Below are positions 52,766-62,123 of a stretch of 64,000 nucleotides of DNA, piece by piece. The translations under genes and the position numbers were made by a program. Positions within the stretch are counted from its first letter, which is position 1. Every line of letters starts with the position of its first letter. The stretch is from an uncultured Solirubrobacterales bacterium (lineage in GTDB: Bacteria > Actinomycetota > Thermoleophilia > Solirubrobacterales > 70-9), in NCBI GenBank assembly GCA_963780395.1, contig CAWABY010000017.1, forward strand, positions 120,625-184,624, read 5' to 3'. Below the pieces are notes generated by a model. The model was not told where the DNA came from. It was given only the letters and a program-made list of their open reading frames with translations, and did not search any database.

Positions 52766-54304
52766 CTAGCCGCTGACGACCACCCTGCGGACCGGCGAAG
52801 CTCCCTTCAGATAGGGGTAGCCGGCCTGCGCGCGGACCACGGCCCGGAACCGGTAGAGGCGCCGGCCGGTTGTCTCCCGAAAGCGGTAGCGGGCCACGAA
52901 GCGGCCCTCCGGGCCCGAGCGGGCGCTCTCGAACGCCTGCCAGCGGCCGTCGACGCTGGCCTGCAGCACGACGACACGCCCTGAGGCGGCCGGTCCGGGG
53001 AGCTTGCCGCGGAAGCGCGCCACCTGGCCGTTGCGCAGGCGGGAGCGGGGGCCGACCTTCAGCCGCGGGCGGGCGCGGACGCGCAGGGTGAGGGTGCGCT
53101 CGACCTGCTCGCTTCCGTGGCGGTGCACCAGCCGCAGCCGCCGCGAGGGCCCGCGCGGCGGCGAGTAGCGGAAGCGGCCGGCGTCGTCGGTCCGCGCGGT
53201 GCCCTCCTGCCGCTCGCCGCCTCCGGTCACCGGCTCGGCGAAGACGCAGACGGAGGCGTCGGAGAGGCGGGCGCCGCCGCGGCCGCTGAGGGCGCCCCGG
53301 ATCGCGAGGCGACGGTTCGAGGGCGCGGTGGCGACGGTCCGGCCGTTCGCGAACGAGGCCTCGATCGCGGTCGGCGCCGCGTTGCCCGAGCTGCGGCAGG
53401 CGTTGTCGACGCTGACCTGGCGCGTGTGGCAGACCTCGTTCGCGGGCCAGCCGACGTCGGAGACGCAGGCGGTGACCGCGTTGGGCCCGTGGCGGAAGGG
53501 CGCGGCTTCGGTGTCGAGCGCGAAGGCGTGGGTGGCGCTCGGCGGACAGGGGGCGAAGCGGCGCGCCGGGCCCCCGGGGACGATGTCGCAGCCGGCCTCG
53601 GCCGAGGCGGCGGGGGAGCCGTTGACCAGCAGGCGCCAGCGCCAGACGCCGCCGCCGATGTCGGTGGCCGCGAGCTGGGCGCTCTGGCGCCCGCGCCGCG
53701 GGCCCGGCTCGAACAGCGAGCCGCCCAGCGACAGGGTCGGCGCCGAGCGGTCCGCCAGCGTGAACCAGAGGCGGCGGACGCGGGAGTGCGGGGCGCCCGA
53801 GCGTCCGCAGTTGCCGCCCGCGCCGTAGCACTGCAGCCATGCGGTGTAGGCGACGGCCGAGCTGCCGGCGCTCCACTCCACGGGCTGCCAGCTCCCCTCC
53901 GCGGGCCAGCGCCAGTGGACGTTGCCCGCGGCGTCGATGATCGTGACCAGGCCCTTGTGACCGGAGTCGTGGGACACGTGGGCCTCGGAGGTGATGTGGG
54001 TGAACTCGGTGCCCGCGGGCGGATACCAGGACCAGGCGCCGTAACGGCCGTCCTTGGTGGCGTCGGCGTTGTTGGTGATCTGCAGGCCCTGGCCGGACCC
54101 CGCGCAGGCGGCGGCCGGGACGTAGTGGTCGGAGGTGCGGCTGAAGACCGCGTTGGCGGCGGCCAGGTCGTAGTCGGGGTGGCACTGGACCGCGACGTAG
54201 GTGCCGGCGCGCGCGGGCCGCGCCAGCGCCAGCAGCGCGATCAGCCCCAGCGCGAGGGCGGCGATCAGGGCCGCCCGGCGCACCTTTGTCGCGGGGCGGC
54301 CCAT
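52766..54304 (-). CDS. Secreted hypothetical protein (512 aa) with C-terminal CarboxypepD_reg-like beta-sandwich
   Basis: ORF 52766-54304. Signal peptide AALIAALALGLIALLALARPARA. It contains many paired Cys residues. The C-terminus DASVCVFAEPVTGGG...TDDAGRFRY resembles carboxypeptidase-regulatory-like domains. Confidence 0.6.
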   Translation of the reverse strand: MGRPATKVRRAALIAALALGLIALLALARPARAGTYVAVQCHPDYDLAAANAVFSRTSDHYVPAAACAGSGQGLQITNNADATKDGRYGAWSWYPPAGTEFTHITSEAHVSHDSGHKGLVTIIDAAGNVHWRWPAEGSWQPVEWSAGSSAVAYTAWLQCYGAGGNCGRSGAPHSRVRRLWFTLADRSAPTLSLGGSLFEPGPRRGRQSAQLAATDIGGGVWRWRLLVNGSPAASAEAGCDIVPGGPARRFAPCPPSATHAFALDTEAAPFRHGPNAVTACVSDVGWPANEVCHTRQVSVDNACRSSGNAAPTAIEASFANGRTVATAPSNRRLAIRGALSGRGGARLSDASVCVFAEPVTGGGERQEGTARTDDAGRFRYSPPRGPSRRLRLVHRHGSEQVERTLTLRVRARPRLKVGPRSRLRNGQVARFRGKLPGPAASGRVVVLQASVDGRWQAFESARSGPEGRFVARYRFRETTGRRLYRFRAVVRAQAGYPYLKGASPVRRVVVSG

Positions 54305-54307
54305 CCC

Positions 54308-54745
54308 TCAGCGCTCGATCCGGAACTCGCGGGACGGAGACGGCGCCGGCGCGTAGCTGGGGTAGGCGACCGGGGGTGGCGCGGGCGGCGTGGCGGCCGG
54401 GACCTCCGGGCGCCCGGCGCCCCGCTCGCGCTTGCGGCGGCGCGGTTCGGGCCGCGGCCGCCGGGCCGCCTTGCGAGCGGCAGCCTTGCGAGCGGCCGTT
54501 TGGGCCGCCGCCTTGCGGGCCGCCCCCTTGCGGGCCGTCGCCTTGCGGGGGGCGACCGGCTCGCGCTCGGGGGCGGCGGGGAGCGGCGGCGGGGCGGCCA
54601 CCGTCGCCAGGCCCAGGTCCGGCGGTGCAGCTGGTGGCGGCCCTGCCCCGACGAGGGAGGGCAGAGCCGCGAGGGCGGCCAGTCCTGCGGCGACGACGGC
54701 CGCGATCCGGGCCACGTTGGACCATCTGATTCGCCGCGTCTGCAT
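54308..54745 (-). CDS. Membrane-anchored Ala/Lys/Pro-rich protein (histone-H1-like AARKA repeats)
   Basis: ORF 54308-54745 has an N-terminal TM, IAAVVAAGLAALAAL, followed by PRKATARKGAARKAAAQTAARKAAARKAARR. Its stop lies 3 nt before the start of the downstream gene. Confidence 0.5.
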   Translation of the reverse strand: MQTRRIRWSNVARIAAVVAAGLAALAALPSLVGAGPPPAAPPDLGLATVAAPPPLPAAPEREPVAPRKATARKGAARKAAAQTAARKAAARKAARRPRPEPRRRKRERGAGRPEVPAATPPAPPPVAYPSYAPAPSPSREFRIER

Positions 54746-54851
54746 GGCCGCGCTAAGGCGCGCTGGAGCGCTTCTCTCCCCCTCGCCGTGCCGCTACACT
54801 CGCCTCGCCATCCCTGTGGGGGTGGCATTCGACGCTTATGAGCCCACGCCC

Positions 54852-55248
54852 ATGACCCGCCTGTACGAACTGGTGCTGATGCTGGACCCGGAGGCCGCGG
54901 ACGACGACCGCGACCGGGTCGCCGACGACGTGCGCAAGCAGATCGAGCAGGCCGGCACGCTGGAGAAGGCGGACTCCTGGGGCACGCGCAAGCTCGCGTA
55001 CGAGATCCGCCAGCGCAACGAGGCCGACTACCGCTACTTCCGCTTCGAGGGCGAGAAGTGAGCTGCTCGAGCGCCTCGACCACAACCTCAAGATCGCCGA
55101 GGGCACGCTGCGCTTCCGCATCTTCAAGGTCGACCCCGATACGCCGAGCAATCCGCCCCCCGTGTCGGAGCGCCCCGCCTCGGTCGGTGACGGGCGGGAC
55201 GACCGCGACGATCGTCGTGGCCGTCGGGGTCGCGACCGCGACGAGTAG
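54852..55248 (+). CDS. rpsF: 30S ribosomal protein S6; +1 frame break exactly at an in-frame UGA (55059-55061) as sequenced
   Basis: MTRLYELVLMLDPEAADDDRDRV...WGTRKLAYEIRQRNEADYRYFRFEGEK is followed by TGA. The +1 frame continues ELLERLDHNLKIAEGTLRFRIFKVDP..., the conserved S6 C-terminal half, up to TAG 55246-55248. Confidence 0.85.
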
Positions 55249-55390
55249 CCGCCCCGCGGCAGCCTCGAAGGCGTAGCGGCCCCCGGTGCCGAGAAGCCGC
55301 AGTTTGCGCCAGCGGCTCCCGACGGGGGGAGAGAACCGCCGCACTCGGACGTAGAATCACTGTTCGGAAACGAAGAAAGAGAGTAAGAAA

Positions 55391-55873
55391 GTGGCCGGTT
55401 CCAACATCAACGTAGTCGCGATCACCGGGAACCTCACGCGCGACCCCGAGCTGCGCTCGACGCCGAGCGGGACCTCGGTCTGCAAGCTGCGAGTCGCGGT
55501 CAACAGCCGTCGCAAGGACGGACAGAGCGGCGAGTGGGTCGACAAGCCCAACTACTTCGACGTCACCGTCTGGGGCGCGCAGGGCGAGAACTGCGCCAAC
55601 TACCTCTCCAAGGGCCGCCCGGTGGCGGTCGAGGGCCGGCTCGACTGGCGCGAGTGGGAGTCCCAGGACGGCGGCAAGCGCCAGGCGGTGGAGATCATCG
55701 CCAACAGCGTCCAGTTCCTCGGCTCCCGCGGCGACAACCCCTCGGGCGAGAACGGCGGCGATCACTTCAAGCCGACCTCGGACGTCCCCGCCGACACCTC
55801 GGACTTCGAGGGCGCGGGCGTCAGCGGCGGCAGCGGCGACAAAGGCAAGTCGGACGACGACATCCCCTTCTAG
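55391..55873 (+). CDS. ssb: Single-stranded DNA-binding protein
   Basis: ORF 55391-55873. The OB fold reads NVVAITGNLTRDPELRSTPSGTSVCKLRVAVN. A Gly-rich linker follows, and the acidic tip is DDDIPF. Confidence 0.9.
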   Translation: MAGSNINVVAITGNLTRDPELRSTPSGTSVCKLRVAVNSRRKDGQSGEWVDKPNYFDVTVWGAQGENCANYLSKGRPVAVEGRLDWREWESQDGGKRQAVEIIANSVQFLGSRGDNPSGENGGDHFKPTSDVPADTSDFEGAGVSGGSGDKGKSDDDIPF

Positions 55874-55900
55874 GCGCGCCTTCGGGCGTACCACTCCCCT

Positions 55901-55935
55901 GAGAGGCCCCGCAAAGCGGGGCCTCTCTTGTGCTT
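55901..55935 (+). terminator. Stem-loop terminator/attenuator after ssb
   Basis: gagaggccccgc-aaa-gcggggcctctc forms a perfect 12-bp stem, followed by ttgtgctt, an imperfect U tract. Confidence 0.6.
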
Positions 55936-56005
55936 GGCCCCGCTGAGCAGTGCCTTTCTCGTCGAGGCCTCTCCAGCGCGGGTGCCCCGCTACCATGGCG
56001 CGCCG

Positions 56006-56278
56006 ATGGCACGTCAGCAGAGAACCCAGCAGGGTGGCCCCGGACGCGGCAGGCGCCGCGGCCTCAGCGATCGCGGGCGTCCGCGCAAGTACACGCGGCT
56101 GAACGTCGAGGTCATCGACTACAAGGACATCGGCACGCTGCGGCGCTTCATCTCCGACCGCGGTAAGACTCGCTCGCGCCGCGTCACCGGGCTCTCGCGC
56201 CGCCACCAGCAGCAGCTGGCGCTGTCGGTGAAGCGCGCCCGCGAGCTGGCGCTGCTGCCCTACGTCGGCGAGCGCTGA
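56006..56278 (+). CDS. rpsR: 30S ribosomal protein S18
   Basis: ATG 56006 lies within ORF 55928-56278. [50 protein letters not shown] is the S18 signature. Confidence 0.9.
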   Translation: MARQQRTQQGGPGRGRRRGLSDRGRPRKYTRLNVEVIDYKDIGTLRRFISDRGKTRSRRVTGLSRRHQQQLALSVKRARELALLPYVGER

Positions 56279-56730
56279 TGGCCGAGGCCGTCCTGCTCAA
56301 GGACGTCGAGGGCCTCGGTGGCGCCGGCGACGCCGTGGACGTCTCGCCGGGCTACCTGCGCAACTTCCTGGTCCCGCGCAAGCTCGCGCAGCCGGCCACC
56401 AAGGGAGCGCTGGAGGAGGCCCGCCAGCGCCTGGAGCGCGCCGAGGAGGAGGAGCGGCAGGCCGCCGAGCGAGCCGACGAGACCGCGGCTCTGCTGGCGA
56501 AGACGGTGCTGACGATCAACCACCAGGCCGGCGAGGACGGCAAGCTGTTCGGCTCGGTCACCTCGAAGGAGATCGCCGAGGCGATCCAGGCCGCCCGCGG
56601 GCTGAAGGTGGACAAGAAGAAGATCCGCCTGGACGAGCCGATCCGCGAGACCGGCAGCTTCATGGTCGAGATCGAGGTCGGCGGCGGGGTCACCACCAAG
56701 GTGAAGACGATCGTCGCCGAGGCCAAGTAG
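56278..56730 (+). CDS. rplI: 50S ribosomal protein L9
   Basis: ORF 56278-56730. VLLKDVEGLGGAGDAVDVSPGYLRNFLVPRKLA. Confidence 0.9.
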   Translation: MAEAVLLKDVEGLGGAGDAVDVSPGYLRNFLVPRKLAQPATKGALEEARQRLERAEEEERQAAERADETAALLAKTVLTINHQAGEDGKLFGSVTSKEIAEAIQAARGLKVDKKKIRLDEPIRETGSFMVEIEVGGGVTTKVKTIVAEAK

Positions 56731-56943
56731 CGGCTCAGCGGCGGCTCCTGCGGGGGCGTCTCAAATTCCGTTCCCGCAAATACCCCGAACCGTGCGTGCG
56801 CAGGCGGGCGGGTTGTGATTTTCTTGTGACCGGCCAGCGCGGAGGGCTCGCCGCCGGGGCCGAGGTTTCTCCGCCGGATCCTTGAGGACACTGGACAGTC
56901 GGTCCTGCGACCGAACGCGCGCGTGCGCGCGAGAGAGGAGCAG

Positions 56944-58431
56944 TTGGCGAACAACGCAACAACCAGCGGCATCGTCCCCCCGCAGAACCTTGAGGCGGAG
57001 GAGTCGGTGCTGGGGGCGATGATGGTCTCGCAGGCCACCATCGAGCCGGTGCTGCTGGACGTTCGCCTCCAGGCCGAGGACTTCTACCGCGACCGGCACC
57101 GCTCGATCTTCGAGGCGATCATCCGCCTGAACGAGAACGCCGACCCGGTCGACGTCCTCACCGTGACCGAGACGCTCCAGCAGCACGGCGAGCTGGAGCA
57201 GATCGGCGGCAAGGACGTGGTCGCCAGCCTCGCCGCCAAGGTGCCGGCCCCCGGCAGCGCCAAGCACTACGCCTCGATCGTCAAGCAGAACTCGCTGATG
57301 CGCCGGCTGGACGCCGCCGCCAAGACGATCCAGCAGTCCGTCGCCGAGCGCGACGGCGAGGCCTCGGAGATGGTCGAGCAGGCGGAGCGGCTGCTGTTCG
57401 GAGTCGCCCACACCGAGCAGGCCGCCGACTTCCGCGAGATCAAGGACATCCTCTCCGACGAGATCGACAAGCTCGAGGCCCTCGCCGCGGGCGACGGCTC
57501 GCTGACCGGCGTGCCGGCGGGCTTTCGCGACCTCGACCACATCACCGGCGGCTTCCAGCCCGGGAACCTGATCGTCCTCGGCGGGAGCCCGGCGATGGGA
57601 AAAAGTGCAGCCGTCTGCAACATCGCCGAGAACGTCGCCCTCGTCGGCAAGAAGCCCGTGGCGCTGTTCTCGCTCGAGATGTCGGAGATGGAGCTGGCCC
57701 ACCGCTTCATCGCCTCGCAGGCGCGCCTGGCCGGCGACCGGCTGCGCAAGGGCCGGGTCGCCAAGGGGGACTGGCCCAAGGTTGTCAGGGCCTGCAACAA
57801 GCTCGAGGTCGCGCCGCTGTGGATCGACGACTCCTCGGACCTGAGCATGCTCGAGCTGCGCGCCAAGGCGCGGCGCCTGCACGCCCAGGAGAAGAACCGC
57901 GGAAACGATGGCCTCGGGCTGGTGATCGTCGACTACCTGCAGCTGATGCGCGCGGACGACCCTCGCGCCAACCGCGTCGAGCAGGTCGCGCAGTTCAGCC
58001 GCGGCCTCAAGATCCTGGCCCGGGAGCTGAACGTGCCCGTGATCGGCATCTCGCAGCTCTCCCGAGCCCCCGAGCAGCGTCCCGACAAGCGCCCGATCCT
58101 CTCCGACCTGCGCGAGTCCGGCTCGATCGAGCAGGACGCCGACCTGGTCGGATTCCTCTACCGCGACGAGTACTACAACAAGGACGAGTCCGACGAGCCC
58201 GGGGTCGCCGAGCTGATCATCGCCAAGCACCGCAACGGGCCGATCGGGACCGTCAAGCTCGCCTTCCTCAACCACCTGCCGAAGTTCGCCGACCTCGCGG
58301 CCGAGGACCGCCAGCCCGTCGATCAGGCCCCAGGCGAGGGGCCACCGCTCGAGGACTTCGGCGTGGGCGGCGGAGAGGGCTCGGGGAACGGGCGACCGCC
58401 TGAGGACGACGAGCTGGCGGAGGAGGCCTGA
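56944..58431 (+). CDS. dnaB: Replicative DNA helicase DnaB (no intein)
   Basis: ORF 56923-58431. TTG 56944 is preceded by gagaggag. PPQNLEAEESVLGAMM, Walker A GGSPAMGKSA, VIVDYLQLM, ISQLSR. Confidence 0.9.
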   Translation: MANNATTSGIVPPQNLEAEESVLGAMMVSQATIEPVLLDVRLQAEDFYRDRHRSIFEAIIRLNENADPVDVLTVTETLQQHGELEQIGGKDVVASLAAKVPAPGSAKHYASIVKQNSLMRRLDAAAKTIQQSVAERDGEASEMVEQAERLLFGVAHTEQAADFREIKDILSDEIDKLEALAAGDGSLTGVPAGFRDLDHITGGFQPGNLIVLGGSPAMGKSAAVCNIAENVALVGKKPVALFSLEMSEMELAHRFIASQARLAGDRLRKGRVAKGDWPKVVRACNKLEVAPLWIDDSSDLSMLELRAKARRLHAQEKNRGNDGLGLVIVDYLQLMRADDPRANRVEQVAQFSRGLKILARELNVPVIGISQLSRAPEQRPDKRPILSDLRESGSIEQDADLVGFLYRDEYYNKDESDEPGVAELIIAKHRNGPIGTVKLAFLNHLPKFADLAAEDRQPVDQAPGEGPPLEDFGVGGGEGSGNGRPPEDDELAEEA

Positions 58432-58433
58432 GC

Positions 58434-59204
58434 GTGGGCGCCGCCGCGCAGGCGGGGAGCCGGCCGGCATGTCCGCTCGGAGTCTGCGACGGCTCGGGCT
58501 GGATCCTCGGCCCCGAGGACATCGCGCGCGCCTGCGAGTGCCGGGAGCGCACGATCGCGCGCGCCCGGCTGCGCGGACTCGCCTCGGTGATCCCCGCCAA
58601 GTACCGCGGGGTCTCCTTCGACCGGCCTCCGGTGACCGAGATCGCACCGGACGTGGTGCAGCCGGTCCGCAAGTACTGCGCGGAGATCGAAGAGATGATC
58701 GACTCCGGACGCGGCCTCTGGTTCTACGGCGACCCGGGGACCGGCAAGACCACGCTCGCGATGCTGGTCTCCAAGACCGCGCTCGAGCATGGGCGCTCGG
58801 TCGCGATCTACTCGATGCCGAAGCTGCTGGCCCGCATCCGCCGCACCTACGACGCCGGCGCCGGCGAGCAGTCCTACGCCGAGCTGTTCGAGCGGCTCGC
58901 GACCGTTGATCTGCTGCACATCGACGACCTCGGCTCCGAGAACCGGACCGAGTGGGTGCTGGAGCAGCTCTACTCGCTGATCAACGAGCGCTACGAGTCC
59001 GAGCGCGCCCTGGTCGTGACCACCAACCACGACGATGCCGCGCTCGAGGAGCAGGTGGGCGCGCGGGTGGTCTCGCGGCTGGGCGACATGTGCGAGACGC
59101 TGCCCCTGTTCGGCGAGGACCGGCGCCTGCGCCTGGCCCCCCCGCCCTCAGGCGAGGCGCCCGCCGCGCCCCCCGGCGGCGCCCTGGGGCCCCTGGACCA
59201 CTAG
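58434..59204 (+). CDS. DnaC/DnaI/IstB-like AAA+ ATPase (putative helicase loader) with N-terminal Cys cluster
   Basis: ORF 58434-59204 starts 3 nt after the dnaB stop. The N-terminus reads CPLGVCDGSGW...ACEC. Walker [17 protein letters not shown], Walker B LLHIDDLGSE, sensor VVTTN. Confidence 0.75.
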   Translation: MGAAAQAGSRPACPLGVCDGSGWILGPEDIARACECRERTIARARLRGLASVIPAKYRGVSFDRPPVTEIAPDVVQPVRKYCAEIEEMIDSGRGLWFYGDPGTGKTTLAMLVSKTALEHGRSVAIYSMPKLLARIRRTYDAGAGEQSYAELFERLATVDLLHIDDLGSENRTEWVLEQLYSLINERYESERALVVTTNHDDAALEEQVGARVVSRLGDMCETLPLFGEDRRLRLAPPPSGEAPAAPPGGALGPLDH

Positions 59205-59225
59205 CGCCGTCCCGGCACTCCATAA

Positions 59226-60587
<1,362 letters not shown>

Positions 60588-60593
60588 CTCGAC

Positions 60594-61004
60594 GTGATGC
60601 TCTACGGCAAGGAACACGTCGACCGCTACCTCGCCACCGACGGCGAGGAGGGTCACATCTGGGTGGAGGGCTCGACGGTCGCGCTCCTGACCACGACCGG
60701 GCGCAAGAGCGGCAAGAAGCACATCACGCCGCTGATCTACGGCAAGCACGGCGGCGAGTACCTGCTGGTCGCCTCCCAGGGAGGACTACCCCAGCACCCG
60801 GCCTGGTACCTGAACCTTCAGGCCGACCCCGACGCCGAGTTCCAGGTCCTCGGCGACCGCTTCAGGGTCCGTGCGCGCGACGCGACCCCGGAGGAGAAGC
60901 CGGAGATGTGGAATCAGATGACCGAGCAGTGGCCGTACTACGACGACTACCAGCGCAAAACCGACCGCGAGATCCCCGTGGTCGTGCTCGAGCGCGTCAC
61001 CTGA
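60594..61004 (+). CDS. Nitroreductase-family deazaflavin (F420H2)-dependent oxidoreductase (DDN/DUF385-like)
   Basis: ORF 60594-61004. LLTTTGRKSGKKHITPL, HPAWYLNLQADP and PVVVLERV are typical of the DDN family. Confidence 0.8.
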   Translation: MMLYGKEHVDRYLATDGEEGHIWVEGSTVALLTTTGRKSGKKHITPLIYGKHGGEYLLVASQGGLPQHPAWYLNLQADPDAEFQVLGDRFRVRARDATPEEKPEMWNQMTEQWPYYDDYQRKTDREIPVVVLERVT

Positions 61005-61731
61005 GCGAGCCGACGGCCGCCTGGGCGTGTGTGTCGGGGTCGAGGCTGGGGATCAGGCCCTCCTCGACGCTCTGCTTCTCTCCGCGGCGCAGCATCCGCA
61101 GGCCCAGGATCGTCGCCGCCAGCACCGCGGTGACGCCGAAGCTGACCTGGAGCGAGACGACGCCCTCGCGGCTCCAGTAGACGTCGCGCAGGTCGAGCAG
61201 CAGCGCCGCCTCGTCGAAGGTCAGGCCCGCGCCGGCCCCGAAGCCGAAGCTGAGCAGCTCCTCGAGGCGGTCGTTGGCCGTGATCAGGCCGGCGCCGCCG
61301 CTGGCGAAGGCGATCAGGATCCCCGGCACGAAGTGATGGATGTGCCTCCCCCTGAGCCTGACCGGGCCGGCGGGCCACCAGCCGCCGCGCTGGCCCCAGG
61401 TGGTGATGCGAACCATGGCGAAGGCCCCGACGAAGCCGGTCAGCATGTTGAACAGGATCGTCTCGCGGCGCGGAGCGCCCTCGTAGCCCTCGACCGCCAC
61501 CGCGACCGTGTCGCGGGTGGCCAACCCGGCCGTGTCGAGCAGGGTCGCGGGGGTCGGCACCTGCTCGCTCTCGCGGCGGCGGCGCACCAGCCTCCGCGCC
61601 TCGCCGCCGATCACCACCCCGGCGGCAGCGACCGCCGCGACCGCGAGGCCGACGGTGGCCCGGTCGGCGAGCATCCGCTCGCTGCGGCGCGGGGCCAGGG
61701 ACGAGGCGAGGCGACTTGAGATCTTGCGCAC
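60997..61731 (-). CDS. Hypothetical membrane protein
   Basis: ORF 60997-61731 has several hydrophobic segments (FNMLTGFVGAFAMV, FVPGILIAFASGGAGL, VSFGVTAVLAATILGL). No domain recognised. Confidence 0.55.
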   Translation of the reverse strand: MRKISSRLASSLAPRRSERMLADRATVGLAVAAVAAAGVVIGGEARRLVRRRRESEQVPTPATLLDTAGLATRDTVAVAVEGYEGAPRRETILFNMLTGFVGAFAMVRITTWGQRGGWWPAGPVRLRGRHIHHFVPGILIAFASGGAGLITANDRLEELLSFGFGAGAGLTFDEAALLLDLRDVYWSREGVVSLQVSFGVTAVLAATILGLRMLRRGEKQSVEEGLIPSLDPDTHAQAAVGSLR

Positions 61732-61917
61732 GGAGCCGGGGATGCTAGCCAGCGGCCACCCGGATCGAACATTCGGCTAAAGGTCTGCGCGCTGACTGCC
61801 GATTGCCCCCGTATGGGAATGATCGCCAGCGTCGGATACGTCGAAAACCCCTCTGCAGAGCCAAATACCCCAGTTTTGACGGACCCGCGGTCCGCGGGCG
61901 ACGATAGGGTTCCGACC

Positions 61918-62022
61918 ATGCGCAGGCTGCTCACGCCCGTCAACGCCAGCGTCAGCGCCGCGCGCCACGTGCTCTGGTACCTGAGCTACCACGCGCAGCG
62001 CCAGCAGCGGCCCAGCCGCTGA
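61918..62022 (+). CDS. Candidate small protein (34 aa)
   Basis: ATG 61918 is preceded by ataggg. In MRRLLTPVNASVSAARHVLWYLSYHAQRQQRPSR every codon ends in G or C. The upstream part of listed ORF 61813-62022 has many A/T-ending codons. Confidence 0.3.
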   Translation: MRRLLTPVNASVSAARHVLWYLSYHAQRQQRPSR

Positions 62023-62123
62023 GCGGCGCCGGGACCGAGACTTCTCAACTCCGGGCAGGAGACAAGGGGACGGCAAGGGTGGCCAAGGATGGCCCGCCCG
62101 GCCACGCTCGTGATCGGTCCGGC

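Noticed and set aside
55053-55062. A general programmed +1 frameshifting or quadruplet-decoding mechanism as the explanation for all frame breaks.
   Set aside because: There is no shared slippery sequence, stimulatory SD or stop codon at 9 of the 10 sites. The extra bases differ (g, c, a, t). Random insertion error is simpler. Only the rpsF UGA site is flagged for checking.
55340-55390. Inverted repeat TTCG-GAAA-CGAA upstream of ssb as a LexA/SOS box.
   Set aside because: It does not match the actinobacterial TCGAAC-N4-GTTCGA or Cheo-box GAAC-N4-GTTC consensus. It is only a 4-bp half-site palindrome in an AT-richer leader.
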